A stretch of 64,000 bases of DNA from positions 1 through 64,000 of the forward strand of contig CAXXWX010000021.1 of assembly GCA_963675745.2 (NCBI GenBank), written 5' to 3'. The notes under the pieces were generated by a model, which saw only the letters and a program-made list of their open reading frames with translations, did no database searches and was not told the origin of the DNA. The translations under genes were made by a program, and so were the position numbers. Position 1 is the first letter of the stretch. Each line of letters opens with the position of its first letter. The DNA comes from Phycisphaerae bacterium. GTDB lineage: Bacteria; Planctomycetota; Phycisphaerae; UBA1845; Fen-1342. This document shows, piece after piece, positions 28,364-38,100 of this stretch.

Positions 28364-31300
28364 TCAGCAGAAATCGCGCGATGAGTGCCGCACTTTGCCG
28401 ACAAGCTCTGACAGATCGTGCAGCCGGCTTACCTGAACGTGGATTACCTTGCCTTGGCGTTCCACTACTCCATCAGCGACCACGGCGATCTTGTGCCGGG
28501 TCTTGCGCCCCTCGCGATCCCATACTTGCGGACGGATGATCAGGTTGGCCATCCCGGTCTCGTCCTCCAGCGTCATGAACACCATGCCCTTGGCGGTCAT
28601 CGGCCTCTGGCGCACCGTGACCAGTCCGGCCACTCTGATGCCGCGTCCGTGCCGGGTTGCCTTTAGCTTTGCGTTGGGCGTGACTTTCAATCGCCGCAAT
28701 TCTTCCCTGACCAGTTCAATCGGATGAGCGTTGAGCGACATTCCGAGCGCGTCGTAGTCATGTTCGACGGTTTCGGCCAGCGTCATCGCCGGCAGCTTGG
28801 CGGATTGTTCCGCGGGCTCCAGGTCCGCGAACAAACTCTGCTGCTGACGATCCAACGCCAGAATCTGCCATAACACCTGTCGGCGATCGAGCCCCAGCGA
28901 CCGAAAAGCGTCGGCGGCCGCGAGTCGCACAAGCGTCTCACGTGAAACATCATCACGCCGGGCCAATTGGCGGATCGATGTAATCGGGCCTTCGCGCCGG
29001 GCGGCCTCGATGCCGGCGACCTTGTCGGCACTAAGCCCGCGCACAATACGCATACCCAGCCGCACCGCCGGCCCACCCGCGCCCCAACCAGCCGGATCCC
29101 GCGTGTGCGTGTGCCACGGCTCTGTGAGCCGTGCTGTGCTGCCGCGAGAGAAACACGGCTCACAAAGCCGTGGCACCCCCCTCGTGACCTCGTGCCCCCG
29201 CTGCCTTGCTGCCTCGTTGCCTTGTTGCCTCGTTGCCTCGCTGCCTTGCTGCTTTGTGGCCTTGCTGCCTTGTTCCCTCGTGGCCTCGTGGCCTCGTGGC
29301 CTTGTGGCCTCCTTCCCCTCCAACGCACAATCATACCCACTCCAATTCACATCCACCGGCCGCACCGCGACGCCGTGGGCCAGCGCGTCACGCACGAGTT
29401 GCGCCGGGGTATAAAACCCCAACGGCTGGGCGTTGATCAATGCCGCCAGAAACGCCGCCGGGTGATAGCGCTTGAACCAGCAGGATGCATAGACCAACAG
29501 TGCAAACGAGGCGGAGTGACTCTCAGGAAAGCCGTATTCGGCAAACCCGCTGATCTGTTTAAAGACGGCCTCGGCGAACTCGCGTGAGTATCCGTTGATA
29601 AGCATGCCCTTCATCAATCGGGTTTGAAATGGGCTCAGATCGCCATGGCGTTTCCAGGCCGCCATTGCCCGCCGCAATTGGTCGGCCTCGCCGGGGGTGA
29701 AGTTGGCGGCGACGACCGCGAGCTTCATCACCTGTTCCTGAAACAGCGGCACGCCGAGCGTCTTTTCCAGCACCGCCTTGATACGTTCATCCGGATACCA
29801 GACCGGCTCCAGCCCGTCACGGCGGCGCAGGTACGGATGAACCATGCCACCCTGGATCGGTCCCGGCCGCACAATCGCCACCTCGATCACCAGGTCATAA
29901 AAACAGCGCGGCTTCAAACGCGGCAACATGCTCATCTGCGCCCGGCTCTCGATCTGAAAGACGCCGACGGTGTCAGCGTCGCAGATCATGTCGTAGACGC
30001 GGGGGTCTTCGGGGGGGATGGAGGAGAGGGAACAGGGAACGGGGAACGGGGAACGGGGAACGGGGAACGGGGAACAGGGAACGGGGAACGGGGAACGGGG
30101 AACGGTGGCGGGGGGGGCTAGGTGGGGGGTGTGCGTAGCTTGTTGATCAGGGCTTGGAGCATGCGCGCGATTTCGTGGATCAGATCCGGCAGTTGGTTGG
30201 CTGTTGGGAGCAGCTTGAGTTCCTGGGCTATGATTAGCTGCGTTTCCAATTCCGCAAGCGAACCCCGCGCTATGGTGAGGAAGTGGATGTAGTCCTTTCG
30301 GCTCTGACGAGCATTGCCTTCCGCAATGTTGCTCGGAATCGAGACGGCGGCACGCCTGATCTGGCTCGTGAGTCCGAACCGTTCGCCCTCGGGCATCTGG
30401 CTTGTCAGTTTGTAGACGGTCTTGGCCAACGTGATTCCCTTCTTCCAAACGATCAGATCGCGAAAGTCCACTATGTTTGCCATACTTGCACCTTTCAAGT
30501 TCAGATACCAGCGAATCACCAATCCCCCCGCGCGCAACAACCCGTTCCCCGTTCCCCGTTCCCCGTTCCCTGTTCCCTGTTCCCCGTTCCCCGTTCCCTG
30601 TTCCCTCCATCATCCGAAACATCCCACTAATCGCCGTCAGCATCCCCAGGGCCAGGCAGTCCACTTTCAAGATCCCCAATGCATCGATATCGTCCTTATC
30701 CCACTCGATAAATGTGCGGCCGGGCATGGCGCCGTTCAGCAGGGGGACGATCTCACACAGCGGCGTCTCGGTGATTACAAAGCCGCCGACGTGCTGGGAG
30801 AGATGACGTGGAAAACCCGCCACCTGGCGCACCAGCCGCAGGACCATCTGCACAGTGCGATTGTCAGGATTGAGGCCGGCGGCGCGGATCGCATCGGTGG
30901 GCAGCTCGTTATCCCACCACTCGGTCATCTTTGACATGCGCTCGACGCGATCGAGCGACAGGCCGAGGGCCTTACCGATGTCACGGACGGCCGAGCGCGC
31001 GTGATAGGTGATCACCTCCGCCGTAATCGCCGCCCGTTCGCGGCCGTACTTCCGGTAGATGTATTGGAAAACCTCCTCGCGGCGGTTGTGCTCGAAATCA
31101 ACGTCGATGTCCGGCGGCTCATTGCGTTCCTTGCTGACGAAGCGCTCGAAGAGCAGATCGATGCGCGCCGGATCAACCGCGGTGACGCCCAGGCAGTAAC
31201 ACACCGCGGAGTTCGCCGCCGACCCGCGCCCCTGGCACAAGATGCCGCGGCCGCGGGCAAAACGCACCAGATCCCAGACGGTCAGGAAGTAATACTCGTA

Positions 31301-32323
31301 GCGCAGCTCCTCGATGAGCTTAAGCTCGGCGGTGAGCAGATCGCGCACCTTGTCCGGGATGCCGTCGGCATAACGCCGCGCCGCGCCCGCCCAGGTCAGT
31401 TGTGCGAGGTATTCGATCGGTGACAGGTCATCCGGGCACACCTCGTGGGCGTATTCGTACTTGAGCTCATCAAGACTGAAGGTGCAGCGCTCGGCAATCT
31501 CGATCGTGCGCTCCAACAGATCGGTATGCGCCGCGTAACGCCGCCCGGTTTCATCCAGTGTCCGCAAGTGTCGCTGAGCGTTTGGGAACAACCGGCGGCC
31601 GGCGTCATGGATCGTGCATTTCTCACGCACACAGGTGAGCGCGTCCTGCAAGTAACGCCGGGCCGCATCGTGATAGTGAACATCATTGGCGGCGACCAGC
31701 GGGATGTTGACCTGGTTGGACAACGCGTGTAGCCACGCAAGGCGCTCCGTGTCGGGCTGCTCATACGCGAGTTCGGCGGCCAGATACACATCGTGCCCAA
31801 AGAGCTCGCGGTAAGCGTGGTAATGTCGAATGTCCGCGGCTGACGCGACCGGCCGGCGCGGCGGCGTGACGATCGCGATCAAGCCGCTGGCCAGCGCGGC
31901 CACATCATCAAACGTCAGGTGACATTGCCCCTTCTTGACACGCAAACGCCCCCGCGTGATCAGACGCGACAGCCGTCCATACGCAGCGCGATCCGGCGCC
32001 AACAGCACAACGGGCGGCGCATCAACCGGCGTGATCTCGGCCCCAACGATCAGATGCAGATTGTGATGCTGCGCCGCAATGTGTGCCCGTACCACGCCGG
32101 CCAGAGAGTTTCTGTCCGTGATCGCCAACGCGGCGTAGCCCAACTCGGCGGCGCGCTCGACCAGCTCTTCCGGGTGCGACGCGCCGCGCAGAAATGAGAA
32201 GTTCGTCAAACAGTGCAACTCGGCGTACGCGGTCGATACCGGTGAGCGGCGGTGGGATGTTGTCTCGGTGGTGACGCTATGGCAGGGATGAGAATGCCGC
32301 TTCTGATTCGCCGGGGCTGGCAT
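28364..32323 (-). CDS. dnaE2: Error-prone DNA polymerase DnaE2 with two in-frame insertions
   Basis: YAELHCLTNFSFLRGASHPEEL, CQGRGSAANS, PPDIDVD, PRHLSQHVGG, WDKDD..LKVDCLALGML, YGFPESH, RQRPMTAKGMVFMTLEDETG, C-terminal SRDF. Confidence 0.95.
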   Translation of the reverse strand: MPAPANQKRHSHPCHSVTTETTSHRRSPVSTAYAELHCLTNFSFLRGASHPEELVERAAELGYAALAITDRNSLAGVVRAHIAAQHHNLHLIVGAEITPVDAPPVVLLAPDRAAYGRLSRLITRGRLRVKKGQCHLTFDDVAALASGLIAIVTPPRRPVASAADIRHYHAYRELFGHDVYLAAELAYEQPDTERLAWLHALSNQVNIPLVAANDVHYHDAARRYLQDALTCVREKCTIHDAGRRLFPNAQRHLRTLDETGRRYAAHTDLLERTIEIAERCTFSLDELKYEYAHEVCPDDLSPIEYLAQLTWAGAARRYADGIPDKVRDLLTAELKLIEELRYEYYFLTVWDLVRFARGRGILCQGRGSAANSAVCYCLGVTAVDPARIDLLFERFVSKERNEPPDIDVDFEHNRREEVFQYIYRKYGRERAAITAEVITYHARSAVRDIGKALGLSLDRVERMSKMTEWWDNELPTDAIRAAGLNPDNRTVQMVLRLVRQVAGFPRHLSQHVGGFVITETPLCEIVPLLNGAMPGRTFIEWDKDDIDALGILKVDCLALGMLTAISGMFRMMEGTGNGERGTGNRERGTGNGERVVARGGIGDSLVSELERCKYGKHSGLSRSDRLEEGNHVGQDRLQTDKPDARGRTVRTHEPDQACRRLDSEQHCGRQCSSEPKGLHPLPHHSAGFACGIGNAANHSPGTQAAPNSQPTAGSDPRNRAHAPSPDQQATHTPHLAPPATVPRSPFPVPCSPFPVPRSPFPVPCSLSSIPPEDPRVYDMICDADTVGVFQIESRAQMSMLPRLKPRCFYDLVIEVAIVRPGPIQGGMVHPYLRRRDGLEPVWYPDERIKAVLEKTLGVPLFQEQVMKLAVVAANFTPGEADQLRRAMAAWKRHGDLSPFQTRLMKGMLINGYSREFAEAVFKQISGFAEYGFPESHSASFALLVYASCWFKRYHPAAFLAALINAQPLGFYTPAQLVRDALAHGVAVRPVDVNWSGYDCALEGKEATRPRGHEATREQGSKATKQQGSEATRQQGNEAARQRGHEVTRGVPRLCEPCFSRGSTARLTEPWHTHTRDPAGWGAGGPAVRLGMRIVRGLSADKVAGIEAARREGPITSIRQLARRDDVSRETLVRLAAADAFRSLGLDRRQVLWQILALDRQQQSLFADLEPAEQSAKLPAMTLAETVEHDYDALGMSLNAHPIELVREELRRLKVTPNAKLKATRHGRGIRVAGLVTVRQRPMTAKGMVFMTLEDETGMANLIIRPQVWDREGRKTRHKIAVVADGVVERQGKVIHVQVSRLHDLSELVGKVRHSSRDFC
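29111..29307. repeat. Octamer tandem array (16 units, consensus CCTYGYKG, 29180-29307) plus a 23-bp inverted repeat (29111-29133/29154-29176) inside dnaE2
   Basis: Read directly from the sequence; translates to the low-complexity EATRPRGHEATREQGSK... stretch in DnaE2. Confidence 0.9.
30028..30104. repeat. 11 x GGGAACR heptamer array (3-prime arm in the dnaE2 mRNA)
   Basis: 77 bp of uninterrupted GGGAAC[A/G] units. Confidence 0.97.
30118..30483 (-). CDS. Four-helix-bundle protein (23S rRNA intervening-sequence protein / bAvd-like), nested in dnaE2 in the +1 frame
   Basis: FRDLIVWKK, ERFGLTSQIRRAAVSIPSNIAEG, FLTIARGSLAELETQL. 121 aa, with its own GAAAGGT RBS-like site before ATG 30483. Confidence 0.92.
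   Translation of the reverse strand: MANIVDFRDLIVWKKGITLAKTVYKLTSQMPEGERFGLTSQIRRAAVSIPSNIAEGNARQSRKDYIHFLTIARGSLAELETQLIIAQELKLLPTANQLPDLIHEIARMLQALINKLRTPPT
30543..30605. repeat. 9 x YGTTCCC heptamer array (reverse complement of the 30028-30104 unit)
   Basis: 63 bp of uninterrupted [C/T]GTTCCC units. Confidence 0.97.
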
Positions 32324-32373
32324 GACTGCTGTCCGCAGAGCTTGATCTGAGGCTGATATCGCTCTGTGACAGC

Positions 32374-32392
32374 ATACCTAACAAATACCTAA
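32374..32392. promoter_or_regulatory. Candidate operator: ATACCTAA direct repeat with 11-bp period upstream of dnaE2
   Basis: ATACCTAA-CAA-ATACCTAA in an AT-rich patch about 50 bp upstream of the dnaE2 ATG. Confidence 0.35.
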
Positions 32393-32434
32393 TATACAAG
32401 GGGGGTGCGGCGGTGGCGCAAACGATGCCGATTG

Positions 32435-32992
32435 TCAGTAGTCCTTGAAAGGCGTGCCCTGAGAGTCGACATCCGTCGTGTTGGCGATGATTTGGCCGGT
32501 CTCAGGATTGTAGATCCAGCCCTTCTTGTTGCCCTCGTGTTCGTCGAGGGGCAGTTCGGTGTCGAAATCGACCTCGTCGGCCTTCTCCGCAGCGTTTATT
32601 CCCACGTTCAGACGTGGTATTCCTCGAAGATATGGACCGAAGAGACGCGAAGACGTGTGGGATCCGGTCACGCCCGTAACTGACGAATACTCAAGCAGTT
32701 GGGCGTAAAAGTCCTCCTCGTCGCCATTACCCTTCTGTGAGCCATCGATCTTATGGTAGCCCGGAAACGCGCCCGCGTGCTCGGCGGCATACAGGGCGAT
32801 AGCCGACCGCAGGGCGCTTAGATTTCCACGCAACGCCGACTCCGACGCGGCGGATGTACCCTGGCTCAACCTGGGGACGGCGATGGCTGCCAGAACGCCG
32901 ATAATAACAATGACAACGACCAGTTCGACAAGTGAGAACCCCAGTTTCCGAATTAACGCTCTACCCACACGCAATCTCCGGTATGCCCGCAT
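32435..32992 (-). CDS. Prepilin-type (pseudopilin GspG-like) protein
   Basis: GFSLVELVVVIVIIGVLAAIAVPR, LRSAIALYAAEH, FGPYL, GWIYNPETGQI. Confidence 0.88.
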   Translation of the reverse strand: MRAYRRLRVGRALIRKLGFSLVELVVVIVIIGVLAAIAVPRLSQGTSAASESALRGNLSALRSAIALYAAEHAGAFPGYHKIDGSQKGNGDEEDFYAQLLEYSSVTGVTGSHTSSRLFGPYLRGIPRLNVGINAAEKADEVDFDTELPLDEHEGNKKGWIYNPETGQIIANTTDVDSQGTPFKDY

Positions 32993-33297
32993 ACAATCTC
33001 GGTCTAGAGCATTCACGACCTTAATAGTCACGTTCGCGTCAGATCACCTCACCGCCGGATTAGCCGCGATGACGCTTGCGTATGCACGCCCGCGAGGCGT
33101 ATCATCAACGTAAGATCAGGCTGCAACTGTCGTTGAGCAGAGATCACTGGCTATACGTCAGATGGCCAGACGTGTGCGGCGTTGGCAGGACGCCGCGCGC
33201 TTGTGGATTCCGGGCTTGTTCCTGGACCGCCACTGCTCGCTCAACATCGCGTGGACGTAGCAGTGCGGGCACAAACAACGGGGGAGGGCGCCTCGAG

Positions 33298-34161
33298 ATG
33301 GACGCGTGCCACCGAGATGCCGTTGGGCCTCTGCCAGACACAAGCCCGCGGCGCATTCGCCAGGCATTATGCGAGGTGCGCGCGCGCTTTCCCTTCCCGT
33401 CCATAGCGACCATCGCGGGCGATTCGTCTGTCGATAAGATCCGGACCATCATCAAGCACACGCCGTACGGCGCGCGCGTGCTTGACTATGGGTGCGGGAC
33501 TGCGTTTACACTCGCGATTCTCCGCGTGCTCGGCTATGAGTGCTATGGCGTGGATGATCTTCAGGATGCCTGGTATGCGCACGGCGACAATCGCGAGAAA
33601 ATCGTGCGGTTTGCGCGCGAGTCCGGAGTCGAGCTGGTCGTGGACAACAATGCGCGCATGTTCGACAAGGAGTCGTTTGACGCGGTACTGATGCACGGCG
33701 TCATCGAGCATCTGCACGATTCTCCGCGCGAACTTCTCAACGATCTGGTCGAATTGCTCAGGCCCGGCGGCATGCTGCACATACTCGTGCCGAACGCGGT
33801 CAACATTCGCAAGCGGCTTCATGTCCTCATCGGCCGTACTAACCACCCACCTTATGCCTCATTCTATTGGTATCCCGGACACTGGCGCGGGCATGTTCGA
33901 GAGTACACGCGCGGCGATCTACGACTGCTGGTCGAATACCTGGGGCTGGAGCCGGTACACCTGTGCGACTGTCACCGCGCACTGGAAGTGCTGCACCCGG
34001 CGCTGCGGCCGATCTATCGCGTGGTGACTTCCGTGATTCCCGGCTCGCGCGACACCTGGAGTTGGATCGGGAAAAAGCCGCACGGGTGGCAGCCCCGGCG
34101 GACGATGGAAGATGCACACACCACCGACCGACCGAATTGGCAGGTGCTTGTGGACGAGTGA
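33298..34161 (+). CDS. Class I SAM-dependent methyltransferase
   Basis: VLDYGCGT, FDAVLMHGVIEHL, LRPGGMLHILVPN, HVREYT. Start uncertain. Confidence 0.85.
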   Translation: MDACHRDAVGPLPDTSPRRIRQALCEVRARFPFPSIATIAGDSSVDKIRTIIKHTPYGARVLDYGCGTAFTLAILRVLGYECYGVDDLQDAWYAHGDNREKIVRFARESGVELVVDNNARMFDKESFDAVLMHGVIEHLHDSPRELLNDLVELLRPGGMLHILVPNAVNIRKRLHVLIGRTNHPPYASFYWYPGHWRGHVREYTRGDLRLLVEYLGLEPVHLCDCHRALEVLHPALRPIYRVVTSVIPGSRDTWSWIGKKPHGWQPRRTMEDAHTTDRPNWQVLVDE

Positions 34162-34201
34162 TGGGCGCGATGGCGACGATCCGTCGCCGACCAGGGTCAC
34201 G

Positions 34202-35014
34202 CTACCGGGGCGGACGGTGAGCCAATAGTGAATATGTGTGCGGCAGTCGGCGGATAATGTCCGCCGGGAGGTTCGGGTACTCGTCGTAGAATTGCTCGGG
34301 GTGCTCCTCGAGTCGCTCCAGGCGCAGGCCGGCCGCGCTGACCGCGTTGACGACCTGCCCGAGATTCCACTGACGCTCGTACTTCGCGCTCTGGGAGGCG
34401 ACCGGAATGTCAAGTTTGCCGATGTACTGGTCATCCCAACCCTGGCCGCGTTGCGGCTCGGCCAGGAAGTAGTTGCCGTCGTTCTCGTCAAAGCACAGCT
34501 CACTGGCGTTGTGATCCCAGATCCAGTTGAGCGGATGTCCTTCAAAAACGTAGAGCCGGCCGCCGGGCTTGAGCAGTCGCGCCACCACGCGCGCCCATGC
34601 CTCGATGTCCATCATCCAGTAAAGGGCTCCGCGGCCGGTGTAGACCAGGTCGGCCGTCGCATCGAGCTTGGCCGGCGTGTCGAGCACATCGCAGCAGTAC
34701 CACGTGGCGGGCGCGGCGAGCGCCTCTGATTTGCGCCGCGCGCAAGCGATCATGCGCGGGCTGATGTCGACACCCACCACCTCCGCGGCGCCGTGATTCC
34801 ACAGTGATAGCGTGTCTCGGCCGCCGGCGCACTGCAAGTGGATTGCGCGGCGGCACCAATCGGACAAACCAGCGAGGAAGGGAAGCTCCGGAGCGCAGAA
34901 ATTCTCCCCGCCACCGCGCAGAAACTCGATGTCGGCGGCAACTTCTTCCTCGTAGCGCTGCGCCGCTTCGTCAAACGCAGCGCCGGTGCTGCGGTGCATC
35001 TCGGCAATGTCCAT
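34202..35014 (-). CDS. Class I SAM-dependent methyltransferase
   Basis: HLQCAGGRDTLS, VVGVDIS, DLVYTGRGALYW, LLKPGGRLYVFEGHP. Confidence 0.88.
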   Translation of the reverse strand: MDIAEMHRSTGAAFDEAAQRYEEEVAADIEFLRGGGENFCAPELPFLAGLSDWCRRAIHLQCAGGRDTLSLWNHGAAEVVGVDISPRMIACARRKSEALAAPATWYCCDVLDTPAKLDATADLVYTGRGALYWMMDIEAWARVVARLLKPGGRLYVFEGHPLNWIWDHNASELCFDENDGNYFLAEPQRGQGWDDQYIGKLDIPVASQSAKYERQWNLGQVVNAVSAAGLRLERLEEHPEQFYDEYPNLPADIIRRLPHTYSLLAHRPPR

Positions 35015-35100
35015 AGGTCGCACCCTCCGCGCATGGAAAAGGGGACAAGCACATCGTCTGGCAATGTACTTATCCCCATTTTCCGTTGCCGGCAATGCCG

Positions 35101-38100
35101 CTATTTGCTCAACAAGGCCACAAAGGCGTCAATGTCACCGTTGTTGACCAGGCTGTCACCGTTAACGTCAGCGAGGTTTATGTCGCATTCCGGATAGGTG
35201 GCGGCATAGTCGCCCGGCTCGGTCAGCGCCAGTACGAACGGGTCAATGTCACCATTGTTGATCAACCCATCGCAGTTCATATCGCCCAACTCGTACTCGC
35301 CGCTCTCGCACTCGTCGGGGATGCCATTGAGATTGTTGTCGGTCGATGTGCCGCCGCTGATGTCACACTCATCGGGCACGCCGTTCGTGTTGCAATCCTG
35401 GCAAGCGGGGTCATTTGGATCGCAGTCGGCGATGTCACACTCGTCGGGAATGCTGTTGCCGTTGCAGTCCTGACTGAAGCCGCCGCTGATATCGTCGGCG
35501 TCGGGCACGTCATTGCCGTTGCAGTCCTTACCCGTGGTCGCACAGTTCTGGCCGGAATAGGCCGTCTCCACGTTGTCCACGTTGCGCGCCTTGACATGGA
35601 AGCAGTATTCGGTGTCGGCATCCAGCCCCTGAACGGTGATGGTGCCCCACGCGGCATCGGTCTGCCAGACCGGCGAGACTGACGCCGTCCCGGATGCGCT
35701 GACGAATCTCCCGTTCCATGCACCATCGCTGGTTAGACACTCGATGGCGAACTCGGTGTATGCGGGGTTGCTGTTGGGACGCACGTTGACATCGAGCGTA
35801 CTGACGCCAACGTTGGCGATCGTGGGCGAGATTGGTGCGAGTGCCAGTGTGGCCTTGGTGGCCGACGCGCCCCAGTCGGTCTCAAACGACGATTGGTTAC
35901 GCCCCTTGGCCCTGAAGGTGTACGACGTGTTAACGGCCAGACTGGCAGCCGTGTCAGTCTCCACCTGAATCCACTCATTGAGGCCGCCGTCTCCGCCGGT
36001 CGTCTCCGAGTCGAAGTACACGCCCGAGTAACCCTCCGTGAGGTTCGACATCGATTGCGTCGTACTGAGGGCGATCGACGAGGTCGTCACCGTCCCGATC
36101 GTGACGTCGGGTGTCTCGATATCGGTGGCGGGGGTGTACCACGTGCTCGTAGCGGTCTCGTTGGGCGGATCGGCGTTGTCGCGGGCCTTCACGCGATATT
36201 GGTAACGCGTGTTGGCTGCCAGACCGTTATCAACATAGGCTGTGCCGGACTGCCAGGCACTGCTATGGCCATCGGGGGATTCGAAGTAATACGACACCGG
36301 CGGGGTGATCAAGTCCGTCGCCGTCGTGGCGGTCATTGTGATCGAGCTATCCGTCAACGGAACCGGCGGGCTGGCGAACGTCATCGGATTGGGTGTGGGC
36401 GGGTCGGTGTCGGCGAACGTGCCGATGGTGATATCGAGGTCGTACTCGTTGCGCGTGTCATCGGCCAGGAAGACGCGCAGGTAGAAGTACGCGCCGCTGC
36501 CGAAATTCGTGTGGTACAGCACTTCGTTGCTGGTCGTCGTCGTCCCCGACGCCACCACCGAGCCGCCGCAGGAGTCATACAGCTCGGCGTTGATGTTGCC
36601 GTACCCATCGGTGAAGGAAAGCTGAATCTCAACCTGATCCTCGTTCGCCAGGTAGATGCGATACCAGTCCTCGTCGACGCTCTTCACGACCAGGTTTGAA
36701 TACGACCCTTCACCCAGCGTGGCGGCGCCAGCGCAGGAATCGTTGTTCTCGTAACCGTCATCAGGGCCGGCCGCGAGGTAGGAAGACATGCTCGAGTACA
36801 CGTACGAGAACTTGCCGTAGTAGATATCCACGTTTAGATTGTCGCAGCCAGCTTCGCCATATCCAAAACTGCAAATGCCGAAGAGCTGCTGGTTGTCCTC
36901 GCGGAATATGCCGGAACCGGAAGAGCCGTAGTAGATCGTGCCCACCGCGCCGGACACATCCCACTGGATGCGGTGAAAGTCACTGTAGCCGTATTGCCGG
37001 CGGCCGCGGCTGTAGCGTTTCCAACTGCCGCTGGGGTGATGAACGCCGACCGACCACGTGCCGCTGGCCGGATCGCTGCTGGTCCAACCGCTCCAGTAAA
37101 CGCCGGCCGGGAGCACGCCGTTGATCATGAGCAAGGTCCAGTCGGCCGAGCCGCCTTCACCCGATGTGCCCAACAGCGACGCATTGCTGCTGTATCTGCT
37201 TGTCATCAGGCTCCCGCCGCACGTGGCGTTCTGGTAGAACCACTCGGCCTCCATCGTCTGGGCTTCGGAGTTGGTGTCGATGCAGTGGGCGGCGGTCAGG
37301 AAATACGGGGTCTGGTCATTGTTCTGGGCCGCGAGCAGCGTTCCGGAGCAGTTGTACCAGCCACCGCCGTCGTCTTCGAACGTGATCTTCGCTACCGAGT
37401 AGCTGACGTCTTCCCACGCCGAGTAACAGGCGACGTCACCCATGCAGTCCAGCGGGGCGCGCAGGTCATTCGGCAGACTTAACACGCGGTACATGTGCGC
37501 GAGCTCGTCGATGTCAAAGGGAACCTCGGCGGCCAGACCGGCGGGGACGTAATATTCGATATAGGCCGTTTCGCCCTGAATCGTGCCGGTCCAGAAGGCC
37601 CCCGTGCCATGCGGGCCGCTATCCAGATACGGTCCCACAACCTGATCGGGGTATTTGGGAGAGAAAGCGTAGAGCTCTGCGCCGGCCGGGAGGCTGAACG
37701 CGTCGAAGTGCAGACGAAGTTGTTTGGCGCTCGGCGACGTGATCGCCAAAGTCCACAGATGGCCGCCATCGGCGGTCAGGGCCCAGTTTCCGGGCATTTG
37801 AAGCGGAAGTTCGCGATTAACGCCTACGCGTGGCGGGTTGTCCCAGCCCTCGCTGACAGCGTCCTCATCAAGCAGTGCGGCCGTGTCCAGCGGCGGGAGG
37901 GTAACGACCGGGTATGCGGGTGGCGCGTCGAACGTCTGTGTCGTGGATGGTAGGGTCACCATCGGCACAGCCGGCGTGTAATCGATGGGCCAGCCATTGC
38001 CAAGAGCGCCGGCTTCAACCGCGTCACTGGGGCCGGCACCGATGATATCTGTCGGCGTGGACGGCGTGCCGCGCATCTGAGCCGCCGCTTCGCCGGCCAC

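Noticed and set aside
29624..30121. + strand ORF ending in GTGNGER repeats
   Set aside because: Translation of the heptamer array antisense to dnaE2.
30118..30483. Diversity-generating retroelement (Avd homologue)
   Set aside because: No reverse transcriptase and no TR/VR pair with adenine-specific differences were seen in the window.
30118..30483. 23S rRNA gene fragment around the IVS-type ORF
   Set aside because: The flanks translate into conserved DnaE2 sequence and show no rRNA similarity.
30028..30605. Intein or group I/II intron in dnaE2
   Set aside because: No intein block A or terminal His-Asn, no homing endonuclease or RT, and no recognisable intron ends. The boundaries are simple heptamer arrays.
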